DNA of 64,000 nucleotides from an uncultured Gemmatimonadaceae bacterium (GTDB taxonomy: Bacteria > Gemmatimonadota > Gemmatimonadetes > Gemmatimonadales > Gemmatimonadaceae), in contig OY970320.1 in the NCBI GenBank assembly GCA_963716745.1, forward strand, positions 1,696,001 to 1,760,000. The letters are read 5' to 3'. The position numbers and the translations under genes were made by a program. The notes under the pieces are model-generated. The model saw only the letters and a program-made list of their open reading frames with translations, had not been told where the DNA came from and did no database searches. Positions 9,101 through 17,952 of the stretch are shown one piece after another (the stretch's first letter is position 1; each line of letters begins with the position of its first letter).

Positions 9101-11674
9101 ATGGCATCACGTCAGACGCTTCCGGTGCTCCCGCTCAGGGGGACGGTGATCTTCCCCGGACTCAGCGCGCCGATCGCCGCTGGGCGACCGGGAACATTAC
9201 GCGCAGTGGACGCGGCAATGAAGGGCGACCGGTTGGTATTCGCCGTCGCCCAGCGGGACAACGCCGACGAGCCGACGCAGGAGAATCTGTACTCGATGGG
9301 CGTGATCGCGCGCATCGGGCAGGCGCAGCGCGGCTTCGGCGGCGTGCAGCTCCTCCTGCAGGGCGAACTGCGCGCCACAGCCATCCAGTTCACGCAGACG
9401 GACAACTATCTCTCCGCGGTGGTGCTGCCGGTGGACGAGATGGCGCCGCTCGACACGCACGACGCCGCGTTCGAAGCGCTCCACAAGGAGACGCGCGAAC
9501 GCGCCGCCGAGCTCGCCGAGAAGCGCGGCCTCACGGAAGAGGTCGTGCTGCAAGTGCTCGAGAGCGTCACCGAGCCGGGCAAGCTCGCCGACCTCGTGGC
9601 CGGCCATCTCGAAGTGCCGGTCGCGGAGAAGCAGGGGCTCCTCGAAACGCTGAGCGTGGAGGAACGGCTGCGCCGCGTGCTCGTGCACGTGCAGCGCCAG
9701 ATCGGATTGCTCGAAGCGCAGGAGGAGATCAAGTCGCAGGTACAGGAAGAACTTGGCGAGCGCCAGCGCGAGATGTTCCTGCGCGAGCAGATGAAGGCGA
9801 TCCAGAAGGAACTCGGCGACGACGACCAGGCGCGCGAGATCGAAGAATTGCGCGGCAAGCTGAACAAGCTCGAGCTGCCCAAGCAGGCGCGGCAGGAAGT
9901 GGAGCGCGAGCTAGGGCGGCTGGAACGCGCGGGCCGCGAATCCATGGAAGCGCAGGTGATCCGCACATACCTCGAGTGGATCGCGGAGCTGCCGTGGAAC
10001 ACGCGCTCGGACGATGACCTCGAACTCAAGCACGCGGCGCAAGTACTCGACGAGGACCACTACGGTCTCCCGGATGTGAAGGACCGTATCCTGGAATTCC
10101 TCGCCGTGCGCCAGCTGAAAGCGCAGGAGCTCGAGGCGGAGATGGCGAAGACGGGCGAGTTCCCGGCGTCGCGTCTGCGCGCGAGCAAAGAGGTGGCGAC
10201 GCCGTCGCTCGCGGTGAGCGATGAGAGCGCCGACCGGCAGATCACCGACAAGAAGGAGGCGAAGGCTCGCGCGATGGCGAAGGGGCCGATCCTTCTGTTC
10301 GTCGGGCCGCCGGGCGTGGGCAAGACGAGCATCGCGAAGTCGATCGCGCGCGCGCTCGGCCGCGAGTACGTGCGCGCGTCGTTGGGCGGCGCGCGTGACG
10401 AGGCCGACATCCGCGGCCATCGCCGCACCTATGTGGGCGCGATGCCGGGACGGATCGTACAGGGGATGAAGCAGGCGGGCACCAAGAATCCCGTCTTCCT
10501 GCTGGACGAGGTGGACAAGCTCGGCGTGAGCTTCCAGGGCGATCCGGCGAGCGCGCTGCTCGAGGTGCTCGACCCCGCGCAGAACGACACGTTCACCGAT
10601 CACTACCTGAACGTGCCGTTCGATCTGAGCGAAGTGCTCTTCATCGCGACGGCGAATTTCATCCAGAACATCCCCGCGCCGCTGCTCGACCGCATGGAGG
10701 TCGTGGAGTTCTCGGGCTACACCGAGCGCGAGAAGGCGGAGATCGCGAAGAAGTATCTCATCCCGCGCCAGCTCGATGAGAGCGGGCTCAAGGAGAAGGG
10801 CGTCTCGTTCACCGACGATGCCGTGATGGCGCTCGTGAGCCAGTACACGCGCGAGAGCGGCGTGCGGCAGCTCGAGCGGCAGGTGGGTGCGGTGGCGCGC
10901 AAAGTGGCGCGCAAGCTCGCGGCCGGCGAGAAGACGGAGATGAAGATCACGCCCGACGACATCCGCGACCTGCTCGGGCGTCCCAAGGTGCATCCCGAGC
11001 ACGCCAACGAGGAGAACGAAGTGGGCGTCGCCACCGGCATGTACTACACGCCCGCGGGCGGCGACATCATGTTCGTCGAGGCGGCGATCCGCCGTCTGTA
11101 CGGACCGGCGCCCGCCGACAGCGACACGCCGCTCACGGGCTGGGGGAATGTGTCGCTCATCCTCACGGGCCAGCTCGGCGACGTGATGAAGGAATCGGCG
11201 CGCGCGGCGCTCACGTACGCGGCCACGCACGCCGAGGCGCTCGACATTCCCGACGACAAGCTCGGATCGATCGAGGTGCACGTGCACGTGCCCGCGGGCG
11301 CGATCCCGAAGGACGGGCCGAGCGCGGGCGTCACGATGAGCACGGCGCTGGTGAGCGCGATGAGTGGCCGTCCAGTGCGAAAGGATGTCGCGATGACAGG
11401 TGAGATCACGCTGCGCGGCCGCGTGTTGCCGATCGGCGGACTCAAGGAGAAGGTTCTGGGTGCGCATCGCGCGGGGATCACGACCATCGTGCTTCCCAGG
11501 GAGAACGAGGCGGACCTCGAGGACATTCCGGAGGAAGTGCGGCAGAAGCTGAGCTTCCATCCGGTGAGCACGCTAGACGAAGTGCTCGCGGTGGCGCTGG
11601 TCGCGGGCGAGCCGCGGCGCACGAAACCGCGTCGTGGCGCGAGCGACAAGCCGATGGCGCAGGTAGTGGTCTAA
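9101..11674 (+). CDS. lon: ATP-dependent Lon protease (LonA)
   Basis: LON N-domain (LPVLPLR), Walker A GPPGVGKT, RRTYVGAMPG, Walker B LLDEVDK, catalytic PKDGPSAG and GGLKEK. Confidence 0.97.
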   Translation: MASRQTLPVLPLRGTVIFPGLSAPIAAGRPGTLRAVDAAMKGDRLVFAVAQRDNADEPTQENLYSMGVIARIGQAQRGFGGVQLLLQGELRATAIQFTQTDNYLSAVVLPVDEMAPLDTHDAAFEALHKETRERAAELAEKRGLTEEVVLQVLESVTEPGKLADLVAGHLEVPVAEKQGLLETLSVEERLRRVLVHVQRQIGLLEAQEEIKSQVQEELGERQREMFLREQMKAIQKELGDDDQAREIEELRGKLNKLELPKQARQEVERELGRLERAGRESMEAQVIRTYLEWIAELPWNTRSDDDLELKHAAQVLDEDHYGLPDVKDRILEFLAVRQLKAQELEAEMAKTGEFPASRLRASKEVATPSLAVSDESADRQITDKKEAKARAMAKGPILLFVGPPGVGKTSIAKSIARALGREYVRASLGGARDEADIRGHRRTYVGAMPGRIVQGMKQAGTKNPVFLLDEVDKLGVSFQGDPASALLEVLDPAQNDTFTDHYLNVPFDLSEVLFIATANFIQNIPAPLLDRMEVVEFSGYTEREKAEIAKKYLIPRQLDESGLKEKGVSFTDDAVMALVSQYTRESGVRQLERQVGAVARKVARKLAAGEKTEMKITPDDIRDLLGRPKVHPEHANEENEVGVATGMYYTPAGGDIMFVEAAIRRLYGPAPADSDTPLTGWGNVSLILTGQLGDVMKESARAALTYAATHAEALDIPDDKLGSIEVHVHVPAGAIPKDGPSAGVTMSTALVSAMSGRPVRKDVAMTGEITLRGRVLPIGGLKEKVLGAHRAGITTIVLPRENEADLEDIPEEVRQKLSFHPVSTLDEVLAVALVAGEPRRTKPRRGASDKPMAQVVV

Positions 11675-11683
11675 CTACGGAGA

Positions 11684-11715
11684 GCGGCTGTCGGCTGTGG
11701 GCTGTCGCCTGCAAC
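11684..11715. repeat. Half copy of family A heptamer element
   Basis: gcggctgtcggctgtgggctgtcgcctgcaac nearly matches 2251-2283 and sits 9 nt after the lon stop. Confidence 0.75.
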
Positions 11716-11725
11716 TGCGAACGAA

Positions 11726-11760
11726 AACGGCCTGGATCTCGATGTGAGGTCCGGGCCGTT
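11726..11760. terminator. Terminator-like hairpin between convergent genes
   Basis: 15-bp stem aacggcctggatctc / gaggtccgggccgtt with 2 G-U pairs. Confidence 0.6.
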
Positions 11761-11774
11761 CTGCGTGCGCGGGC

Positions 11775-12635
11775 CTAGCGGTGCGGAGGCGTCGCCGAGT
11801 GTGTGTTCGTACCCTGCCCCGAGTCGGCCTCGGCGCTCATCGAGTTGAAGAATACCGGTTCCTCGACGAGCGTCGCCGCCGCGGCGCTCACGACCGCCGG
11901 ATTATCCGGCGATGTGGCGTCCAGGTGGCTGCCGGCATGGCCGTTCGCGTCGGTCACCGCCGCCGCCGGATCGACCACGCCGGCTCCGTGCTCGACCCGG
12001 AAGCTCACGAGGACTCCCGGCACTCCCAGTCCGGATGCGTCGGTGAGGATCACATCGAGCGAATCCTTCGGGACCGCGCCCGGCGCGCCGCTCCGCGGAT
12101 TGGCGGGCGATAGCAATTGGAAGTCACCGCCGCTCTGGATGGCGATGCGGAAGCGGCCGCGGTCTTCGGCCTTGATCGTGAGCGTCATGAGCATGTCCCG
12201 GTGATACCAGCCGCCGTTCGGCAGCTGGATGTCGCACTCGAGGCGGGCGACCACCGATGCCACATCGGCGCTGGCCACGATCTGGGCGACTTCGATCCGG
12301 GCCGCATGCATCCGTGGGAGCATGCGCTCGTATGCATCGCGCACCGATCCGCGGCCCTGCACGAGCCGGCCGCTCGACAGGGCGATGATGGCGTCAGTCG
12401 TGTAGAGGCCGGCGAGCGCGTTGGCATCACGCGCCTTCGTCGCGCGTTCCCATGCCTTCAGGACGGTGTCGACCGACGCCGACATGTACGCCATGTACTC
12501 GGCTTGGCCGCGGATCGCGTTGGGGTCCGCTCGCCCCGTGGCGAGCGAGCCCTGGGCGCTCATTTGGGCGACGGCGGCGAACAGGACGAGCGTGGACGTG
12601 AGGACCCTAAGTGCTGAGCGCGTGGCGATCATCAT
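11775..12635 (-). CDS. Exported NTF2/SnoaL-like (DUF4440-type) domain protein with C-terminal bacterial Ig-like domain
   Basis: Signal peptide, WERA..ARDANALAGLYTTDA....GRGSVR (NTF2-like) and DASGLGVPGVLVSF...VTDANGHA (Big_1-like). The start was chosen at the ATG after AGGA. Confidence 0.6.
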   Translation of the reverse strand: MMIATRSALRVLTSTLVLFAAVAQMSAQGSLATGRADPNAIRGQAEYMAYMSASVDTVLKAWERATKARDANALAGLYTTDAIIALSSGRLVQGRGSVRDAYERMLPRMHAARIEVAQIVASADVASVVARLECDIQLPNGGWYHRDMLMTLTIKAEDRGRFRIAIQSGGDFQLLSPANPRSGAPGAVPKDSLDVILTDASGLGVPGVLVSFRVEHGAGVVDPAAAVTDANGHAGSHLDATSPDNPAVVSAAAATLVEEPVFFNSMSAEADSGQGTNTHSATPPHR

Positions 12636-12820
12636 GCGATTCCTATGAAATGACGGGTCGCCCCGTGCGTGTTGGTCTGCATCGTGCGGCGCCGAAAGAT
12701 ACGCTGGGCGCAATGTGTTTCGAAGCGCTCCGCTTTCTCGCCGGCACGACGATCACCAATGACGACAGTACGCGCTTCTCCTCCGGATCGATGCGGCGCG
12801 CTCGCTCGCGAGGGCGACAG

Positions 12821-14866
12821 CTATGGCGCGGGGGGCGCGGCCGTCGAGTCGCGCCGGGCGCTGTCGGGCGGAATGGAATCGAGCGGCGGTCGCAGCGTGT
12901 CGCTGGCCGGCGGTGCCGGCGGCGTGATGATCATGTAGTCGACGTACGCGCGGTCGGGCGGCGTGGCGCTGTCGGCCGGCGCACCGGTGGCGCGGTCCAC
13001 GAGCACGGGGATCACGCCCGCGGGCGGCACGTCCCACGCGGAATCGTTGCTCGTGCGCCCGTGATAATACTTGCCGATCATCTGCCCCCATACCGGCGCG
13101 GCCAGGGTGCCGCCGGCGGCGCCGGGCGCGATCGGAGCGGGCGTGTCGAATCCCAGCCAGACACCCGCGACGATCTCCGGCGTCATGCCGATGAACCAAA
13201 CGTCACTGTTGTCATTCGTGGTGCCGGTCTTTCCCGCGACCGGGATCCCGGCGGGCACGAACTCGCGCACCACCGTCGCAGTACCGCGCGCTACGACGTC
13301 CCGCATCATGTCGCGCATCACGAACGCCACGCGCGGATCGAGCGCGGCGCTGTCGAGCGGCGCGGCGGCGCGTTCGAGCAGTGTGTCGCCGCGCGCATCC
13401 TGCACGAACAGGATGAGACGCGGCGTCGCGAGCGGGCCGCCGTTCGCGATCGCCGTGTACGCGGTGACGAGTTCGATTGGATGCACCGCGCTCGCGCCGA
13501 TCGCGCTCGACGGATAGAGCGCGATGGGCGTGGCGATCCCGAGGCGCGCGGCGAGCGCGGCCACGGAATCCATCCCGATCTGCTGGCCGAGTTGTACCGC
13601 CACCGTGTTCCGCGAGCGGGTGAGCGCTTCGCGCAGCGTGATCGCGCCAAGGAATTTCCCGTCGGAGTTGTCGGGGCGGTATGGCGGCCCGTGCGGCATC
13701 GCGATCGAGATCGCGCTGTCGTTCACGAGCGTGTTCGGCTGCAGGCCGGACGCCAGCGCGGCGGAATAGACGACCGGCTTGAACGATGATCCCGGTTGCC
13801 GGAGGGCGAACACCGCGCGATCGAAGGGGGAATCGCCGTAATCGCGTCCGCCGACCACCGCGAGCAGATCACCGGTGGCGGGCGCGAGCGCGACGATCAT
13901 TCCCTGCAAGTAGTCCGCGTGTCCGGGTGCGTGTTTCGCGAGGGTAGGATGCTTCCACTTCTCGCGCGACTCGATGCGCTTGGTACCATCGGCGAGCGCG
14001 GCGTTCGCGTCCTGCTGGAGCGCCGCGTCGATCGTGGTGGTGATGCGCAGCGAGATCGCGCCGCCGTACGCGATCGCCGCGCGGTCGAGTTCGCGGCGTA
14101 CGAGATCCACGACGTACGGCGCGGCGGCGGGCATCCCGCGGTCAGGCGTGACCACCACCGGCAGCTGCTGCGCCGCTTTCGCCTGCGCCGGCGTGATGTA
14201 GCCCTGCTGCGCCATGAGCGCGAGAACGATGTTGCGGCGCGAACGCGAAGAATCGGCGTGGCGGATCGGATCATAGATCGCGGGGCCCTTGGGCAGCGCC
14301 GCGAGCGTCGCGGCCTCGACGAGCGTGAGCTGCGCCGCCGGATGGCCGAAGTAGTGGCGCGACGCCGCATCAACGCCGTACCAGCCGTGGCCGAAGTGGA
14401 TGAGGTTGAGATACGCCTCGAGGATCTGCGCTTTGCTGTAGTGCGTCTCCATCGCGCGCGCCGCGTCCTGCTCGCGGAGTTTGCGCGCGATGCTCTTGTC
14501 ACGGCGGTCCACGAGGTCGGGATGCATGTTCCCGACGAGCTGCTGCGTGATCGTGCTGGCGCCGCGCGGGTGGCCGGCGACGGCATCCTTGATCGCGCCC
14601 GCGATGCCCACCATGTCCACGCCGTCGTGGATATAGAAGCGCTGGTCCTCGATCGCAATGAAGGCTTGGCCGACATACAGCGGCAGCGCCGACAACGGGA
14701 CGCTGGTGCGCCAATCGGCGCCGATCTCGCCCAGGAGCGAGCCATCGCGCGCATAGACGAGCGAGGATTGAGGCTCCGGAATGATGGACCACGCTTCGCC
14801 GGTGGACTGCGCACTCGCCAGCGAGGCGATCGTGATCAGAGCGAGAGAGCAAGTGAGTCGCCGCAT
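12821..14866 (-). CDS. Class A bifunctional penicillin-binding protein (PBP1A-type)
   Basis: Transglycosylase motifs EDQRFY.H.G, GASTITQQL, RK..E and transpeptidase motifs SSFK, SRN, KTGT. The longer ORF start lies inside the upstream repeat. Confidence 0.95.
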   Translation of the reverse strand: MRRLTCSLALITIASLASAQSTGEAWSIIPEPQSSLVYARDGSLLGEIGADWRTSVPLSALPLYVGQAFIAIEDQRFYIHDGVDMVGIAGAIKDAVAGHPRGASTITQQLVGNMHPDLVDRRDKSIARKLREQDAARAMETHYSKAQILEAYLNLIHFGHGWYGVDAASRHYFGHPAAQLTLVEAATLAALPKGPAIYDPIRHADSSRSRRNIVLALMAQQGYITPAQAKAAQQLPVVVTPDRGMPAAAPYVVDLVRRELDRAAIAYGGAISLRITTTIDAALQQDANAALADGTKRIESREKWKHPTLAKHAPGHADYLQGMIVALAPATGDLLAVVGGRDYGDSPFDRAVFALRQPGSSFKPVVYSAALASGLQPNTLVNDSAISIAMPHGPPYRPDNSDGKFLGAITLREALTRSRNTVAVQLGQQIGMDSVAALAARLGIATPIALYPSSAIGASAVHPIELVTAYTAIANGGPLATPRLILFVQDARGDTLLERAAAPLDSAALDPRVAFVMRDMMRDVVARGTATVVREFVPAGIPVAGKTGTTNDNSDVWFIGMTPEIVAGVWLGFDTPAPIAPGAAGGTLAAPVWGQMIGKYYHGRTSNDSAWDVPPAGVIPVLVDRATGAPADSATPPDRAYVDYMIITPPAPPASDTLRPPLDSIPPDSARRDSTAAPPAP

Positions 14867-14884
14867 GCCGGATTCCAAGATAGA

Positions 14885-15132
14885 GCAAACGGGCGTGCGT
14901 GGAACCCCGACCCCGAACTCCGTGAGTGCCGAGTCGTGCGTCCAACTGATCGAACTGCGTACTTGGTAACCCGAACCCCGTGAGTCGCGACCCGAACGCC
15001 GTGCGTGCACTCACGACTCACGGCGTTCGGGTTTCCAATGACGCATCACAGTCAGTTCGACGCACGACTCGGCACGCACGGAGTTCGGGGCACGAGTCAC
15101 GTGGTCAGGGGTTCGACGCACGCCGTTTTTGC
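14885..15132. repeat. ~250-bp nested palindromic element (family B, CCCCGAACGCCGTGAGT units)
   Basis: 14911-14942 vs 15059-15090 shows 1 mismatch in 32, with further outer and inner paired segments. It lies between divergent genes and shares units with 38418-38670. Confidence 0.85.
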
Positions 15133-15163
15133 CCTCATGAGCGAAAGCGTGCATCTTGTATTC

Positions 15164-16999
15164 ATGGCGCCCGTCCTGAATTTCGCGACTCTCCAATTCT
15201 CCCCGAGAAAGGGCGAGTACCCCGCCAACCTCGAGCGCCTCGGCGCGATCTTCGCGCAACTCGACGCGGCGGATCCGCGCGTCGATGTCCTTCACCTCCC
15301 CGAGACGGCGCTCACCGGTTATTTCCTCGAGGGCGGCGTGCGCGAGATGGCGCTCACCGCCGGCGCGCTCGCGTCCGACCTGCAGCGCACCTATCGCGCC
15401 GCCGTGAAAGGCGCGCGTACGCTCGAGGTGATCCTCGGATTCTACGAGATCTGGCGCAACACGATCTACAACAGCGCGATGGCCGTTCGCCTCGGCGGCG
15501 ACGCGCCCCTGGTGCGTCACGTGCATCGCAAGAACTTCCTCCCGACGTACGGCTTGTTCGACGAGGAGCGGTTCGTCGAACGCGGGCAGGAGATCCGCGC
15601 ATTCGATCTGCCATGGGGCCGCGCTGCGATGCTCGTGTGCGAGGATGCATGGCACAGCGTGACTGGCACCCTGGCGGCGCTCGATGCGGCGCAGATGATC
15701 TTCATTTGCGCGGCGGCGCCGGCGCGCGGCACGACGCCGCGCGACGACGCGGTCCCCGGACCGACGAGCGTGGCGCGTTGGGAGCGCCTGGCACGCGACA
15801 TCGCCGAAGAGCATGGCGTGTTCGTGTCGCTCGCGAACCTGGTGGGCGACGAGGGTGGCAAGGCATTCCCCGGCGGCGCGATCATCTGCGGGCCGGCCGG
15901 CGATGTGCGGATCCGCGGACCGCTCTGGGAAGAGGCGCTGGTGAGCGCGCCCATGGATCTCGCCGACCTCACGCGCGCGCGCGCGGACATGCCGCTGCTC
16001 GCGGACCTGCGCGTCGCGCTGCCGCACCTGCTCTCCTCGCTCGAGCGGATCCAGCGCGGCACCGGCGCACCGCTGGCGTTCGACGGCGCGCCGGACGCCG
16101 ATCGCCGCGGCGCCGGCGAAGAAGGGGTCCGCGTGCGAAGGAGGCCGCGATGCCAGGTGCGCCGCGCGAGCGACGACGCGGGCGGACCGCCGCCGCTCGA
16201 GATCGATGCGCCGCTCGTGGAGCGTTGGCTGGTGCAGTTCCTCCGCGACGAGGCGGCGCAGCGCGGATTCACGAAGGGGATCGTCGCGCTCTCGGGCGGC
16301 GTGGATTCGGCCGTCACCGCCGCGCTCGCTGTGCGGGCGCTGGGCAAGAAGAACGTGCTCGCGCTCCGGCTCCCCTATGAGAAATCGAGCAAGGAGAGCC
16401 TGACGCACGCGCAGGAAGTGATCGACGCGCTCGGCATCGAGGCACGCACGATCGACATCTCGGCCGCCGTGAACGGTTATCTGTCGAACGAGCCGAAGGC
16501 CGACGCGACGCGCCGCGGCAATGTGATGGCGCGCGTGCGGATGCTGGCACTGTTCGACCAGAGCGCCGCGCACCACGCGATCCCGTTCGGAACCGGCAAC
16601 AAGACCGAGCGCCTGCTCGGCTATTTCACCTGGCACGCCGACGATTCACCGCCGCTGAATCCGCTCGGCGATCTCTTCAAGACGCAGGTGTGGGCGCTGG
16701 CGAAGCATCTGGGAGTGCCCAAGGCGATCGTTGGCAAGGCGCCGACCGCGGATCTCGTCGCGGGGCAGACGGATGAGGGCGATCTTGGGATCAGCTACGA
16801 CCGGGCCGACCGCGTATTGCATTGGCTATTGTACGGATATTCTCCCGACGAATTGATCGCGCGCGGGTTCGAGAAGAAAGATGTTCGCCTCGTGCACGAA
16901 CGGCTCGAGCGGACGCATTGGAAGCGGCGGTTGCCGACGGTGGCGATTCTATCTGGGACGGCGATCGGGGAATCGTATCTTCGGCCGGTGGACTACTGA
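15164..16999 (+). CDS. nadE: Glutamine-dependent NAD+ synthetase (nitrilase + NAD synthetase domains)
   Basis: PE, RKNFLPTYGLFDEERF and VCED (glutaminase triad context), then SGGVDSA, GTGNKTE and PTADL..GQTDE. Confidence 0.95.
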   Translation: MAPVLNFATLQFSPRKGEYPANLERLGAIFAQLDAADPRVDVLHLPETALTGYFLEGGVREMALTAGALASDLQRTYRAAVKGARTLEVILGFYEIWRNTIYNSAMAVRLGGDAPLVRHVHRKNFLPTYGLFDEERFVERGQEIRAFDLPWGRAAMLVCEDAWHSVTGTLAALDAAQMIFICAAAPARGTTPRDDAVPGPTSVARWERLARDIAEEHGVFVSLANLVGDEGGKAFPGGAIICGPAGDVRIRGPLWEEALVSAPMDLADLTRARADMPLLADLRVALPHLLSSLERIQRGTGAPLAFDGAPDADRRGAGEEGVRVRRRPRCQVRRASDDAGGPPPLEIDAPLVERWLVQFLRDEAAQRGFTKGIVALSGGVDSAVTAALAVRALGKKNVLALRLPYEKSSKESLTHAQEVIDALGIEARTIDISAAVNGYLSNEPKADATRRGNVMARVRMLALFDQSAAHHAIPFGTGNKTERLLGYFTWHADDSPPLNPLGDLFKTQVWALAKHLGVPKAIVGKAPTADLVAGQTDEGDLGISYDRADRVLHWLLYGYSPDELIARGFEKKDVRLVHERLERTHWKRRLPTVAILSGTAIGESYLRPVDY

Positions 17000-17210
17000 A
17001 CGGCGGATAACAGTAAACAGTCACGAGTGACTGCCAGTCTACAGTTCACAGTCTACAGTTCACAGAAATCAGATCACGAAAAAGCGGGCCGCTCGATTCC
17101 GATTCAGGATCGAGAGGCCCGCTCTCACATCGAAATGTTTTCTGTGACCTGTGAGCTGGTGACTGTCGACTGGCAGTCACTCGGGACTGTTCACTGTTGA
17201 CCGCCGTTCA
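16997..17210. repeat. 214-bp element with 72-bp inverted arms of ACAG(N3) heptamers (family A2)
   Basis: 16997-17068 vs 17139-17210 shows about 12 mismatches, mostly at the variable heptamer positions. The arms begin with the stop codons of both flanking genes. Confidence 0.88.
17083..17123. terminator. Terminator-like hairpin nested within the palindromic element
   Basis: 17-bp imperfect stem agcgggccgctcgattc / ggatcgagaggcccgct preceded by an A-run (a U-tract on the minus strand). Confidence 0.6.
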
Positions 17211-17606
17211 AGCCGCAAGCGCGAGACTCACTGCACGTTTCGCCCCACGCTTCAACGCCCGATGCACCGCCCTCGCATAAGCCAGAAAATTCTGCCCAGC
17301 CGACGGATATCTCAGAAAGAATTCGAGCGGTAACATATCTCCCTTCATCCGATTACACGGCCCACACGCCACGACAAGATTTCCCGGCGCATGCGCGCCG
17401 CCTTTGGCGAGAGGGTAGACGTGATCGATCGTGGCGAAATCCAGATCGAGTGGCGCGCCGCAATAGACGCAGCGGCGGCAGCAGTCGCGCATCATCGCGC
17501 GTTTCATGGCGCGCTTGTGCTCCCGGCGGAAGATCTGGCGGATCTTTCGCTGGAGACGGCGCGGTGAGCGGGGGAGTGGAATGCGGTGAGCGCGATGTTG
17601 TGACAT
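17208..17606 (-). CDS. Stand-alone HNH endonuclease (zinc-binding McrA/HNH type)
   Basis: CVYCG...TIDHVYPLAKGGAHAPGNLVVACGPCNRMKG with a GAGGT SD-like site before ATG 17606. Confidence 0.9.
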   Translation of the reverse strand: MSQHRAHRIPLPRSPRRLQRKIRQIFRREHKRAMKRAMMRDCCRRCVYCGAPLDLDFATIDHVYPLAKGGAHAPGNLVVACGPCNRMKGDMLPLEFFLRYPSAGQNFLAYARAVHRALKRGAKRAVSLALAA

Positions 17607-17625
17607 TGCACCTCGCCGAAACACA

Positions 17626-17665
17626 GCGACGCCCGGCGGCGGGTATTTCCCGTGCCGGGCGTCGC
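17626..17665 (-). promoter_or_regulatory. Strong hairpin just upstream of the HNH ribosome-binding site (terminator/attenuator-like)
   Basis: Perfect 12-bp stem gcgacgcccggc / gccgggcgtcgc with an inner extension, followed on the minus strand by UGUGUUU. Confidence 0.5.
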
Positions 17666-17952
17666 GAAAGGAACGAAGAGGATGATGACGGAGCGGGCGC
17701 TTCGTGCGCGCCGGATGGATCGCCCGACTTCAGAGCGAACGTGCCGTGGTCGTCGTCGCAATCCAGGGTGCATGCTCTCCTGGGCTGATCGGCTCCGCTA
17801 CCATGGTGGTGACGCCACGCGGGCGTCACGCGTCACACCATTGCATCGGCGGGCGATTCGCGCAAGAGGCCCGCGCCATCGTTACCTCCGTCATACAACC
17901 TCGCCATGCCCTCTCTCAATACGCCGGCATTCGCCGCGGCGCCCGCGACCGC

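Noticed and set aside
14867..15163. N-terminal extensions of PBP (to 15010) and NadE (from 15005) in the ORF track
   Set aside because: They translate the palindromic repeat. Better starts with a signal peptide or domain boundary lie at 14866 and 15164.
17208..17606. Cas9/IscB-like or restriction-modification nuclease
   Set aside because: Only ~132 aa with no RuvC segments and no neighbouring methyltransferase or array.
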